From assembly GCF_059719365.1 (NCBI RefSeq), contig NZ_AP045814.1: a stretch of DNA of 24,000 nt, one strand, 5' to 3'. The notes under the pieces were generated by a model that saw only the letters and a program-made list of their open reading frames with translations, was not told the origin of the DNA and did no database searches. This document shows positions 1 to 9,617 of this stretch, one piece after another. Numbering within the stretch: position 1 is the stretch's first letter; every line of letters begins with the position of its first letter. A program made the translations under genes and the position numbers.

Positions 1-1
1 T

Positions 2-181
2 GGCGGCGGTCGTGGACAGGGCGGTGGTCGCGGTCAACAGCAACCACGCCGTACGGAAAGTGGTGCGAAGTCTGGTAACGCGAAGCCCGCAGAAAAACCG
101 TCTCGTCGTCTCGGCGATGCCAAACCGGCAGGCGAACAACAACGTCGCCGCCGTCCGCGTAAACCTGCCGCTGCGCAGTAA
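2..181 (+). CDS. rhlE: ATP-dependent DEAD-box RNA helicase RhlE, C-terminal fragment (5' end outside window)
   Basis: An open frame in phase 2 runs in from the window edge and ends at TAA 179-181. The translation [59 protein letters not shown] is the Gly/Arg/Gln-rich basic tail I recognise from E. coli RhlE. ORF-track entry 12..452 is in a different frame and runs through REP DNA. Confidence 0.85.
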   Translation, partial: GGGRGQGGGRGQQQPRRTESGAKSGNAKPAEKPSRRLGDAKPAGEQQRRRRPRKPAAAQ

Positions 182-187
182 TCTTTT

Positions 188-208
188 ATGCCGGGCTATG
201 CCCGGCAT
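188..208 (+). terminator. Stem-loop just downstream of the rhlE stop (possible terminator, no U-tract)
   Basis: atgccggg-ctatg-cccggcat forms an 8-bp stem 7 nt after the rhlE stop. It is not followed by a T-run, so terminator function is uncertain. Confidence 0.35.
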
Positions 209-232
209 GAGACTGATGACAAACACAAAACT

Positions 233-331
233 GCCTGATGCGCTACGCTTATCAGGCCTACGTGAACTCTGCAATATATTGAATGTGCATGTTTTTGTAG
301 GCCGGATAAGGCGCTCGCGCCGCATCCGGCA
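233..331. repeat. REP pair (BIME-like): two inverted REP/PU units
   Basis: gcctgatgcgctacgcttatcaggcctac (233-261) and gtaggccggataaggcgctcgcgccgcatccggca (297-331) both match the enterobacterial REP motif (GCCGGATG...CTTATCCGGCCTAC). They lie in opposite orientations. Confidence 0.9.
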
Positions 332-413
332 TTTCACAACAAGCACTTGTCAGCCATTTGCGAGCGCGGCAAAAAGATTTCTCTGTTTTAACGCCCACAA
401 GCCACCCGATGCG

Positions 414-611
414 TTACTTCTCCGCAGCCAATTGTCCGCGCAACGCCATTAAAAGGTACCCCAGGCGATTCTTGCCCTGACCATTACCGCCATCTCCCCA
501 GTAAGCATCATTTTGCGTATGCTCAACCAGTTTTGCGGACGCGGTTGCCCGCAAGAGTGTACGCAGTTCTGCATGTTGTTCGAATTTAGCGCGAAGCGCT
601 TTACGCATCAT
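414..611 (-). pseudogene. ybiA: 5'-truncated remnant of ybiA (NADAR/DUF1768-family N-glycosidase); only the C-terminal ~65 codons remain
   Basis: The minus-strand translation MMRKALRAKFEQHAELRTLLRATASAKLVEHTQNDAYWGDGGNGQGKNRLGYLLMALRGQLAAEK* matches the C-terminal third of YbiA, including the D-YWG-G--G-G-N-LG-LLM-R motif. Full-length YbiA is about 160 aa. Only about 106 bp separate the last recognisable codon from the dinG ATG, and no frame there encodes the missing N-terminus. The 101-aa ORF-track entry (414..719) is a read-through into the dinG promoter. Confidence 0.6.
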
Positions 612-683
612 CCTGCTGGTTATTGCGAGCCGCTTTCCCGAAACAGAAAAACCATTACCCCTGAAAACCGAAAAATGCCACAA

Positions 684-703
684 TATTGGCTGTTTATACA
701 GTA
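684..703 (+). promoter_or_regulatory. LexA operator (SOS box) of dinG, asymmetric type
   Basis: TATTGGCTGTTTATACAGTA lies 15 nt upstream of the dinG ATG. The right half (ATACAGTA) matches the consensus TACTGTATATATATACAGTA and the left half (TATTGG) is degenerate. This is the published asymmetric dinG operator as I remember it. Confidence 0.85.
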
Positions 704-717
704 TTTCAGGTTTTCTC

Positions 718-2868
718 ATGGCATTAACCGCCGCGCTTAAAGCGCAAATTGCCGCCTGGTATAAGGCGCTTCAGGAACAGATCCCCGACTTTATTCCCCG
801 TGCGCCGCAGCGGCAGATGATTGCGGACGTCGCCAAAACGCTGGCCGGAGAAGAAGGGCGGCATCTGGCGATTGAAGCCCCTACCGGCGTTGGGAAAACG
901 CTCTCCTATTTGATCCCCGGCATCGCCATTGCCCGCGAAGAGCAAAAAACGCTGGTGGTAAGTACCGCCAACGTGGCATTGCAGGATCAGATCTACAGCA
1001 AAGATTTACCGCTGCTGAAAAAGATCATTCCCGATCTTAAATTCACTGCCGCTTTTGGGCGTGGGCGCTACGTTTGCCCGCGTAATCTGACAGCGCTCGC
1101 CAGCACTGAGCCCACGCAACAGGATCTGCTGGCGTTTCTTGACGATGAACTGACGCCGAACAATCAGGAAGAGCAAAAACGTTGTGCGAAGCTGAAGGGC
1201 GATCTCGACACTTATAAATGGGATGGTCTGCGCGATCATACTGATATCGCTATAGATGATGATCTCTGGCGTCGTTTGAGTACCGACAAGGCCAGCTGCC
1301 TCAACCGCAACTGTTATTACTATCGCGAATGCCCGTTTTTTGTCGCTCGTCGGGAAATTCAGGAAGCGGAAGTGGTGGTGGCAAACCATGCGCTGGTGAT
1401 GGCGGCGATGGAAAGCGAAGCGGTATTGCCTGACCCGAAAAATTTACTGCTGGTGCTGGACGAAGGTCATCACCTGCCGGATGTGGCGCGGGATGCGCTG
1501 GAGATGAGCGCCGAAATCACCGCGCCGTGGTATCGGCTACAGCTGGACTTGTTCACGAAACTGGTCGCTACCTGCATGGAGCAGTTTCGCCCGAAGACCA
1601 TCCCGCCGCTGGCGATCCCTGAACGTTTGAATGCGCATTGTGAAGAGTTGTATGAGCTTATCGCCTCGTTAAACAACATTCTCAATCTCTACATGCCTGC
1701 CGGGCAGGAGGCAGAGCACCGTTTTGCGATGGGCGAACTGCCAGATGAAGTGCTGGAGATCTGCCAGCGGCTGGCAAAACTCACCGAGATGCTGCGTGGC
1801 CTGGCGGAGTTATTTCTTAACGATTTAAGTGAGAAAACCGGCAGCCATGACATTGTACGTCTGCATCGGTTGATTTTGCAGATGAACCGCGCATTGGGGA
1901 TGTTCGAGGCGCAAAGCAAACTCTGGCGGCTGGCGTCTCTGGCGCAATCTTCCGGTGCGCCGGTGACCAAATGGGCGACGCGGGAAGAGCGCGAAGGGCA
2001 GCTACACCTTTGGTTTCACTGCGTGGGAATACGTGTCAGCGATCAGCTGGAAAGGCTGCTGTGGCGCAGTATTCCGCACATTATTGTTACCTCCGCAACC
2101 TTGCGTTCGCTGAACAGTTTTTCGCGTTTGCAGGAGATGAGTGGGCTGAAAGAGAAAGCGGGCGACCGTTTTGTGGCACTGGATTCCCCTTTTAACCACT
2201 GTGAACAGGGCAAAATTGTTATTCCCCGGATGCGCGTTGAGCCTTCCATCGACAACGAAGAGCAGCACATTGCCGAAATGGCGGCCTTTTTCCGTGAACA
2301 GGTGGAGAGCAAAAAACATCTCGGTATGTTGGTGCTGTTTGCCAGCGGGCGTGCGATGCAGCGCTTTCTCGACTATGTGACGGATTTACGCCTGATGTTG
2401 CTGGTGCAGGGCGATCAGCCACGTTATCGCTTAGTTGAACTGCACCGCAAACGCGTTGCCAACGGTGAGCGTAGCGTGCTGGTGGGCTTACAGTCCTTTG
2501 CCGAAGGTCTTGATCTGAAAGGCGATCTGCTCAGCCAGGTGCATATCCACAAGATCGCTTTTCCGCCCATCGACAGCCCGGTGGTGATCACCGAAGGTGA
2601 ATGGCTGAAAAGCCTCAACCGCTATCCGTTTGAGGTGCAAAGCCTGCCGAGCGCTTCGTTTAACCTGATTCAGCAGGTTGGGCGACTGATTCGAAGCCAC
2701 GGTTGCTGGGGGGAAGTGGTTATCTACGACAAACGCTTGCTGACCAAAAATTATGGCAAGCGACTACTGGATGCATTACCGGTATTTCCGATAGAGCAAC
2801 CGGAAGTCCCTGAAGGTATAGTTAAAAAGAAAGAAAAAACGAAATCCCCACGCCGTCGGCGGCGTTAA
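718..2868 (+). CDS. dinG: ATP-dependent DNA helicase DinG (XPD/Rad3 family, 4Fe-4S)
   Basis: 716-aa ORF with Walker A APTGVGKT and the DEAH-type box VLDEGHH. It carries the four Fe-S cysteines (RYVCPRN; SCLNRNCYYYRECPFF). It is preceded by a LexA box, and the length equals K-12 DinG. Confidence 0.97.
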   Translation: MALTAALKAQIAAWYKALQEQIPDFIPRAPQRQMIADVAKTLAGEEGRHLAIEAPTGVGKTLSYLIPGIAIAREEQKTLVVSTANVALQDQIYSKDLPLLKKIIPDLKFTAAFGRGRYVCPRNLTALASTEPTQQDLLAFLDDELTPNNQEEQKRCAKLKGDLDTYKWDGLRDHTDIAIDDDLWRRLSTDKASCLNRNCYYYRECPFFVARREIQEAEVVVANHALVMAAMESEAVLPDPKNLLLVLDEGHHLPDVARDALEMSAEITAPWYRLQLDLFTKLVATCMEQFRPKTIPPLAIPERLNAHCEELYELIASLNNILNLYMPAGQEAEHRFAMGELPDEVLEICQRLAKLTEMLRGLAELFLNDLSEKTGSHDIVRLHRLILQMNRALGMFEAQSKLWRLASLAQSSGAPVTKWATREEREGQLHLWFHCVGIRVSDQLERLLWRSIPHIIVTSATLRSLNSFSRLQEMSGLKEKAGDRFVALDSPFNHCEQGKIVIPRMRVEPSIDNEEQHIAEMAAFFREQVESKKHLGMLVLFASGRAMQRFLDYVTDLRLMLLVQGDQPRYRLVELHRKRVANGERSVLVGLQSFAEGLDLKGDLLSQVHIHKIAFPPIDSPVVITEGEWLKSLNRYPFEVQSLPSASFNLIQQVGRLIRSHGCWGEVVIYDKRLLTKNYGKRLLDALPVFPIEQPEVPEGIVKKKEKTKSPRRRRR

Positions 2869-2895
2869 TGATGTGAGTCAGGTAAGGAGTCGTAA

Positions 2896-5082
<2,187 letters not shown>

Positions 5083-5084
<2 letters not shown>

Positions 5085-5112
5085 AAAAAAGCCCGTCCAG
5101 TGGCGGACGGGC
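5083..5112. terminator. Stem-loop between the convergent genes hcxB and ybiJ; the U-tract is on the minus-strand side
   Basis: gcccgtcc-agtggc-ggacgggc forms an 8-bp GC stem at 5091-5112. It is preceded on the plus strand by A8, which is T8 after the hairpin on the minus strand. It starts immediately after the hcxB stop, so it may also act as a weak plus-strand terminator. Confidence 0.55.
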
Positions 5113-5232
5113 GAACAAGGGTAACATAGGATCAATGAGGGTTAGAGCATATGCGTCTGTCGGCAAACAGACAGGGAAATACTTGTGCTGAACGTAGCGT
5201 AAACGCCTGATCCAGCCAACGGTTCGGATTTT

Positions 5233-5309
5233 GTAGGTCTGATAAGACGCGGTAGCGTCGCATCAGGCATCTGTTGCCGGATGCGGCGTAAACGCCTTAT
5301 CTGTCCTAC
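5233..5309. repeat. REP pair (BIME-like)
   Basis: gtaggtctgataagacgcggtagcgtcgcatcaggca (5233-5269) and gccggatgcggcgtaaacgccttatctgtcctac (5276-5309) are two REP units in opposite orientation. The cluster ends 3 nt before the ybiJ stop codon. Confidence 0.9.
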
Positions 5310-5312
5310 GAA

Positions 5313-5573
5313 TTACTTATAAATTACCGCAGTACCGCTTAATTTATTGTTGTTGGTGGCGGAAGTAATGCTGTATCCACTGGCACCGGCCGCCGCGGCT
5401 TTCTCAGCCAGTTTCGCTTCCAGGGCATCGAGGGTGGATGCGCCATCGGCAGAAACCACGCCGATTTTATTCATGTTCTGTGCCTGGGATGCCGTTACCG
5501 GTTCCGCCGCGAACACGCCAAATGACAGAGTTGAAAGAGCCATAGCAGCAACAACAATATTGATAGTTTTCAT
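5313..5573 (-). CDS. ybiJ: YbiJ, small secreted DUF1471 (YhcN-family) protein
   Basis: 86-aa ORF with a signal peptide (MKTINIVVAAMALSTLSFGVFA) and the C-terminal motif ...SGTAVIYK. The sequence is recognised as YbiJ. Confidence 0.93.
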   Translation of the reverse strand: MKTINIVVAAMALSTLSFGVFAAEPVTASQAQNMNKIGVVSADGASTLDALEAKLAEKAAAAGASGYSITSATNNNKLSGTAVIYK

Positions 5574-5837
5574 AATTAATCTCTCGCAGGTGATTTTTGT
5601 ATAAGTGACGTTGTTTCGTCGATGTGATGAGTATCACGTTTTTTTACGAGAGATAAAATCGAAGAGAATTGACCGCCTTGTTCAAATAAATTGATTGATA
5701 TCTAACATACTGATAAACCATTTATTTGTTGTATTTATGAATCCGTTTTGTACCGCGTGGTGCTCACGGCAGCGTTAAAGGCACGGAATGCCACGCAAAA
5801 TACAAATTACACTCACTAAACATCCCGTCAGTTGCAG

Positions 5838-6104
5838 TTAACGTAACTGGCTGTCTTTCGAACCTCTGCGATTATATCCTGTATAAGCTGGTTTTTGTAA
5901 ATCTTTATCCTGTTGGCAATGAATGCATAAGCGCACGCCAGGAATGGCTTCCCGACGGGCCTGCGGGATAGGGGCACCGCACTCTTCACATTCATACAGG
6001 CTTTCGCCACGCGGAATTTCACCCCGAGCGCGGGCAATCGCATCTTCAATTGTACTGTTGATCTGTTCGTTGACGGCGTCATCATTAGCCCAACCGGATG
6101 CCAT
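5838..6104 (-). CDS. ybiI: YbiI, DksA/TraR-family C4 zinc-finger protein
   Basis: 88-aa ORF containing CEECGAPIPQARREAIPGVRLCIHC, a C-x2-C-x17-C-x2-C finger characteristic of TraR/DksA-type proteins. The length matches K-12 YbiI. Confidence 0.9.
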   Translation of the reverse strand: MASGWANDDAVNEQINSTIEDAIARARGEIPRGESLYECEECGAPIPQARREAIPGVRLCIHCQQDKDLQKPAYTGYNRRGSKDSQLR

Positions 6105-6177
6105 ATCGTCCTCCCCATATCAATACTTGTACAGTTAAGTGTAGCTAATATAGGGACGAACTCGGGCAGTTCAAGCG

Positions 6178-6855
6178 TCAGATCTCCGACCATTCCCGCA
6201 GCAGATTATGATAAAGATTGAGCAGTGACAGGATCTCTTCACTTTCGCCGTAGCGGCTTTTCAGCGACTGAATATTGTTGTCCAGTTCAAACAGCATGGC
6301 GCGCTTTTTATCATCACGGATCATCGACTGGATCCACATAAATGATGCCACTCGCACGCCGCGGGTTACGGGTGTCACGCAATGCAGGCTGCTGGAGGGA
6401 TACAACACCAGATCGCCTGCCGGGAGTTTTACCCGATGTTGCCCGAAGGTGTCATTAACGACCAGTTCGCCGCCGTCGTAGCTTTCTGGATCGCTTAAAA
6501 ACAGCGTGGCAGAAAGGTCAGTGCGCATCCAGCCGTTTTGTGGATGGCTGCGTACTGCGCCATCCACATGAAAACCATAGGTTTCATTGTTCTGATAGCG
6601 ATTAAACAGCGGCGTGGAAAGGGTACGCGGCAAGGCCGCGGCAAAGAACAAAGCATGTTGGTTAACCGCGTTCAGCACCTCATTTTGCAGGGCGGCGTAC
6701 AGGGCGCTGCGGGTGTCTACTTGTTGATTGTTCTTAACTTGCGCACCTTGTGCGCCGGTGGTGACGCGCCCATCCACCCATTCGGCTTGTTCCAGGTGTT
6801 CGCGAAAACGGGCGACGTCCTGTGGCGATAACACGCCGGGAATGTGGTACATCAT
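6178..6855 (-). CDS. ybiX: YbiX, PKHD-type Fe(II)/2-oxoglutarate-dependent hydroxylase (PiuC-like)
   Basis: The ORF track gives 237 aa (start 6891). I place the start at the MMYHIPG ATG (6855) because GGAGA lies 7 nt upstream and this gives the K-12 length of 225 aa. A 2-His-1-carboxylate facial triad is visible (YGFHVDGAV ... SSLHCVTPV) with Arg in RVASFMW. Confidence 0.9.
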   Translation of the reverse strand: MMYHIPGVLSPQDVARFREHLEQAEWVDGRVTTGAQGAQVKNNQQVDTRSALYAALQNEVLNAVNQHALFFAAALPRTLSTPLFNRYQNNETYGFHVDGAVRSHPQNGWMRTDLSATLFLSDPESYDGGELVVNDTFGQHRVKLPAGDLVLYPSSSLHCVTPVTRGVRVASFMWIQSMIRDDKKRAMLFELDNNIQSLKSRYGESEEILSLLNLYHNLLREWSEI

Positions 6856-6866
6856 ACAAGTTCTCC

Positions 6867-6889
6867 AAAAAGTGGGGCCTGCGCCCCAC
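6867..6889 (-). terminator. Intrinsic-terminator-like hairpin plus T5 directly upstream of the ybiX Shine-Dalgarno
   Basis: The minus strand reads gtggggc-gcag-gccccac (7-bp GC stem) followed by ttttt, then GGAGA and the ybiX ATG. It lies between fiu and ybiX. Confidence 0.55.
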
Positions 6890-6923
6890 ACCGATTTTTA
6901 ACAGCAGGCAATGGTGCTCAGGT

Positions 6924-7021
6924 GCCGGATGCGGCGTGAACGCCTTATCCGGCCTACCAAATGATGTGAATTCAGTGTATTGCACAACCTTGTAGGCCTG
7001 ATAAGCGCAGCGCATCAGGCA
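6924..7021. repeat. REP pair (BIME-like) in the fiu-ybiX spacer
   Basis: gccggatgcggcgtgaacgccttatccggcctac (6924-6957) and gtaggcctgataagcgcagcgcatcaggca (6992-7021) are two REP units in inverted orientation. Confidence 0.92.
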
Positions 7022-7070
7022 GTCCTGCTCTCGCCATCAACATTAGTGAGCCTTGCGCCCCACATCTGAA

Positions 7071-9353
7071 TCAGAAATGCATATTAGCTGTGAGCAAGAA
7101 GGTTCTTGGCTCGCCCGGGTGATAACGGTAGCCGCTCTTATTGATTGAGGCGACGTAATCGGTATCAAACAGGTTGTAGACGTTTAGCTGGAAGTCGAGA
7201 TTGCGATTAACCCGATACCCCAGTTTGGCGTCGGCGACCCAATAACCTTCGGTAAACGCTGGCGTTCCCACCGCGCCGTCTGAACCTTTATGCATACTGC
7301 CGATATACCGTGCGCCCGCACCAACAGAAATATCATCGCTTGCCTGATACTGGCTCCATAAGGTGAAGGCGTGTTCCGGGGTATACGGCAGCGATGAGGA
7401 ACCATCCTGGGCAACATCTTTGCCGTTTTTGATAGTTGCTTTTTGCTGGGTATAGCCGCCAATCATCTGCCATGCGGGGGTGATATTCCCGGCCACGGAT
7501 ATCTCGTAGCCTTCGACACGTTTCTTACCATATTGCGAATAAGTCCCGTCATCATTTTGCTCAACTTCATTTTCAATATCAGTACGGAACAGCGCGGCGG
7601 TAAGTAGCAGGCGTTTATCCAGAACCTGCCATTTGGTGCCAATCTCGCTGGTGTTGGCTTTTTGTGGTTTAAAATCGGTGCGGTTGGCACTGTTACCGCT
7701 GCCAGACTGCGCAAGGGCGAAGTTGTTGCCGCCCGGCGGCTGCTGGGAAACGGCATAGTTAATATAGACATTGCCGTTTTCCGTCAGGTGATACAGCGCC
7801 CCGGCTTTCCAGTTCACCAGATTGCCCGACTTGGCGGTGTCGACGGTGGTGACCGGAGAACCTTTTGCCACGCCAGCAGGGCAGGTGATGGCACCGCGCC
7901 CGCTGCCGCCGCAGGCGGTAGCACTGTCATATTCAGTATGATAATTATCCAGACGGATCCCGCCGTTCAGCTCAAAATCACGGGTGATTTGCAGCGTATC
8001 GAAGGCATAAATTGCGAAGGTATCCGTCTGACCATTGGCGTTTGCGCCGTTGCGCGTCAGGCCGCCGGGATGAATGCTGCTGTCAGGATGATAAATATTT
8101 ACCGCCGGTAACGTCACCGGATTAACGCCATAGTTAGTCTGTGTTTCGCGGGTAAATTCCACGCCGGTACTGAGATCATGACCGATAGCGCCGGTATAGA
8201 ATGTCGAGGTCAGGTTGGTCTGGTTGGTGAGAATTTTGTTACTCACATCTTTGGTATTCGCCGTGCGTGACCACGTCCAGCTATTCACATCGCTGGTGGG
8301 CTGGGTAATATTCGACGCTCCACCCATAATCGCCGTCATCAGGTAATCCTGCTTTACGCGCGACCAACGCGTAGTGTTGCGAATGGTGGCGTTATCGTTG
8401 ATGTCGTGCTCAAAACGCATGGTAGCGGTGTCGGTGATCGAATCGTCGTAATCGGAATCTGTGCCGTAAAAGTTATGAGTATCAACTTTTCCGGAATGAT
8501 TCAGGGCTGCTGTTCCCGCAGATGGGGCAGAATAACCCGGTAAACCGATAGTCGGAATGCCGCCGTCTGGCGTGTTGTGCTGGGTGACATGCAGATAATT
8601 AAGATACAAACGATTCGCTGTACCAAGGCCAAAAGCGACAGAAGGGGCGACGCCGTAACGCTCATTTTTGACTTTGTCGCGTCCGGCATCGTGCGTTTTT
8701 TCGCCCATTACATTCAGGCGCACCGCAGTGGTATCACCAATGACCTGATTGACGTCCAGCGTGCCGCGGCGGAACCAGGCGCTGCCAATACTGGCGGAGG
8801 CGTCAATGCCGGAATCATTGCGCGGCTGTTTGCTGATCATATTGATCGAGCCTGTCGGTGCGCTGCGCCCGTAGTCGGTGCCGGACGGCCCTTTAATTAC
8901 TTCGACCTGCTCGGTATTGAAGGTGTCGCGCGAGACGCTGCCGATATCGCGAATGCCATCGATATAAATACTGTTAGAGGTATCGGCACCGCGCATATAA
9001 ATGGCGTCGCCAGTGGTGGAGTTACCGTTCTCACCCGCAAAAAACGCACCCACGCCGGGGACGTTTTTGAGCGCGTCGGTAAGGTTGGTTGCACCCTGAT
9101 CTTTAATCACTTGTTCAGAAATCACTGTCATCGTGCGGGTAGTATCCGCTACCGGACGCGAGAATTTCGGATCGGCAGATTGTTGTGGCGCATAAAGCGA
9201 AGGCGTTGATGCTTCGACAACCAGCGTGTCATCCGCGTTAGCTTGCCCTTCGGCAGCGAGTGCCTGCGCCACAGGCGTAATACCAATACAAAGACCGGCA
9301 AAGAACGTGAGCGAATGAAATTGTCTGGCAGGGAAATTGCGATTGTTTTCCAT
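7071..9353 (-). CDS. fiu: TonB-dependent outer-membrane receptor Fiu (catecholate siderophore / DHBS uptake)
   Basis: 760-aa ORF with a signal peptide ending AQALA, an N-terminal plug domain and a beta-barrel ending in the terminal aromatic residue ...TANMHF. The sequence and length are recognised as Fiu, and a Fur box lies upstream. Confidence 0.97.
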   Translation of the reverse strand: MENNRNFPARQFHSLTFFAGLCIGITPVAQALAAEGQANADDTLVVEASTPSLYAPQQSADPKFSRPVADTTRTMTVISEQVIKDQGATNLTDALKNVPGVGAFFAGENGNSTTGDAIYMRGADTSNSIYIDGIRDIGSVSRDTFNTEQVEVIKGPSGTDYGRSAPTGSINMISKQPRNDSGIDASASIGSAWFRRGTLDVNQVIGDTTAVRLNVMGEKTHDAGRDKVKNERYGVAPSVAFGLGTANRLYLNYLHVTQHNTPDGGIPTIGLPGYSAPSAGTAALNHSGKVDTHNFYGTDSDYDDSITDTATMRFEHDINDNATIRNTTRWSRVKQDYLMTAIMGGASNITQPTSDVNSWTWSRTANTKDVSNKILTNQTNLTSTFYTGAIGHDLSTGVEFTRETQTNYGVNPVTLPAVNIYHPDSSIHPGGLTRNGANANGQTDTFAIYAFDTLQITRDFELNGGIRLDNYHTEYDSATACGGSGRGAITCPAGVAKGSPVTTVDTAKSGNLVNWKAGALYHLTENGNVYINYAVSQQPPGGNNFALAQSGSGNSANRTDFKPQKANTSEIGTKWQVLDKRLLLTAALFRTDIENEVEQNDDGTYSQYGKKRVEGYEISVAGNITPAWQMIGGYTQQKATIKNGKDVAQDGSSSLPYTPEHAFTLWSQYQASDDISVGAGARYIGSMHKGSDGAVGTPAFTEGYWVADAKLGYRVNRNLDFQLNVYNLFDTDYVASINKSGYRYHPGEPRTFLLTANMHF

Positions 9354-9457
9354 TTTGCAGGTGACTTTTTCTTATATGGTGAAATTTTCACTGTCACGAG
9401 AAAGCATCTCTGCGGATGCGATGCCACTGTTAATCCCGTGATAGCGTCCGTGCAAGT

Positions 9458-9482
9458 GATAATAATTTTGATAAGCATTATC
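9458..9482 (-). promoter_or_regulatory. Fur box(es) in the fiu promoter region
   Basis: The sequence is gataataattttgataagcattatc. The 19-mer at 9464-9482 (aattttgataagcattatc) matches the Fur consensus GATAATGATAATCATTATC at 15/19 positions. An extra GATAAT hexamer overlaps upstream. The site is about 105-130 bp upstream of the fiu ATG. Confidence 0.7.
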
Positions 9483-9579
9483 ACTTGGCGCGATTTTCTA
9501 TCACCCATTGCGCGAAAAAGAAATACATTTATTTACATTACGTTCATATTTGATGTTTTTTGCTTACAAATTGGACGAA

Positions 9580-9605
9580 AACTGCATCCAGAGGCGAATG
9601 CAGTT
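9580..9605 (-). terminator. Probable terminator hairpin downstream of mcbA
   Basis: aactgcat-ccagaggcga-atgcagtt forms an 8-bp stem 13 nt beyond the mcbA stop. On the minus strand the stem runs into tttt/ttcg. Confidence 0.45.
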
Positions 9606-9617
9606 ACGTTTGTGGGG

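Noticed and set aside
12-452. 146-aa plus-strand ORF at the left edge
   Set aside because: It is in the wrong frame relative to the recognisable RhlE C-terminus, which ends at 181. It runs straight through two REP units and into the antisense of the ybiA remnant. Its Arg/Asn-rich low-complexity translation has no Shine-Dalgarno.
612-719. N-terminal 36 codons of the 101-aa minus-strand ORF (MRKPEILYKQPILWHFSVF...)
   Set aside because: This part has no similarity to YbiA and is encoded by the dinG promoter and LexA-box DNA. Its ATG overlaps the dinG ATG on the other strand. I treat it as fortuitous read-through upstream of the ybiA stub.
718-2868. dinG as a defence-associated helicase (CasDinG-like)
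   Set aside because: It is full-length housekeeping DinG with its own LexA box and the usual ybiB partner. No cas genes, CRISPR array or other defence genes are nearby.
6856-6891. Longer N-terminal extensions offered by the ORF track for ybiX (6891), mcbA (10022), rlmF (10064), ybiO (13329), dps (16730), rhtA (17788) and ompX (18123)
   Set aside because: In each case an internal start has a proper Shine-Dalgarno, begins a signal peptide or the recognised mature N-terminus, and reproduces the known protein length. The extensions run through terminators or promoter DNA.
8577-9209. 210-aa plus-strand ORF antisense to fiu, together with the other fiu-antisense ORFs 7662..8111 and 9243..9737
   Set aside because: These are shadow ORFs on the opposite strand of a strongly supported, full-length conserved gene. 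Their composition is Arg/Gly/Ala-biased, and they have no Shine-Dalgarno and no recognisable motifs.
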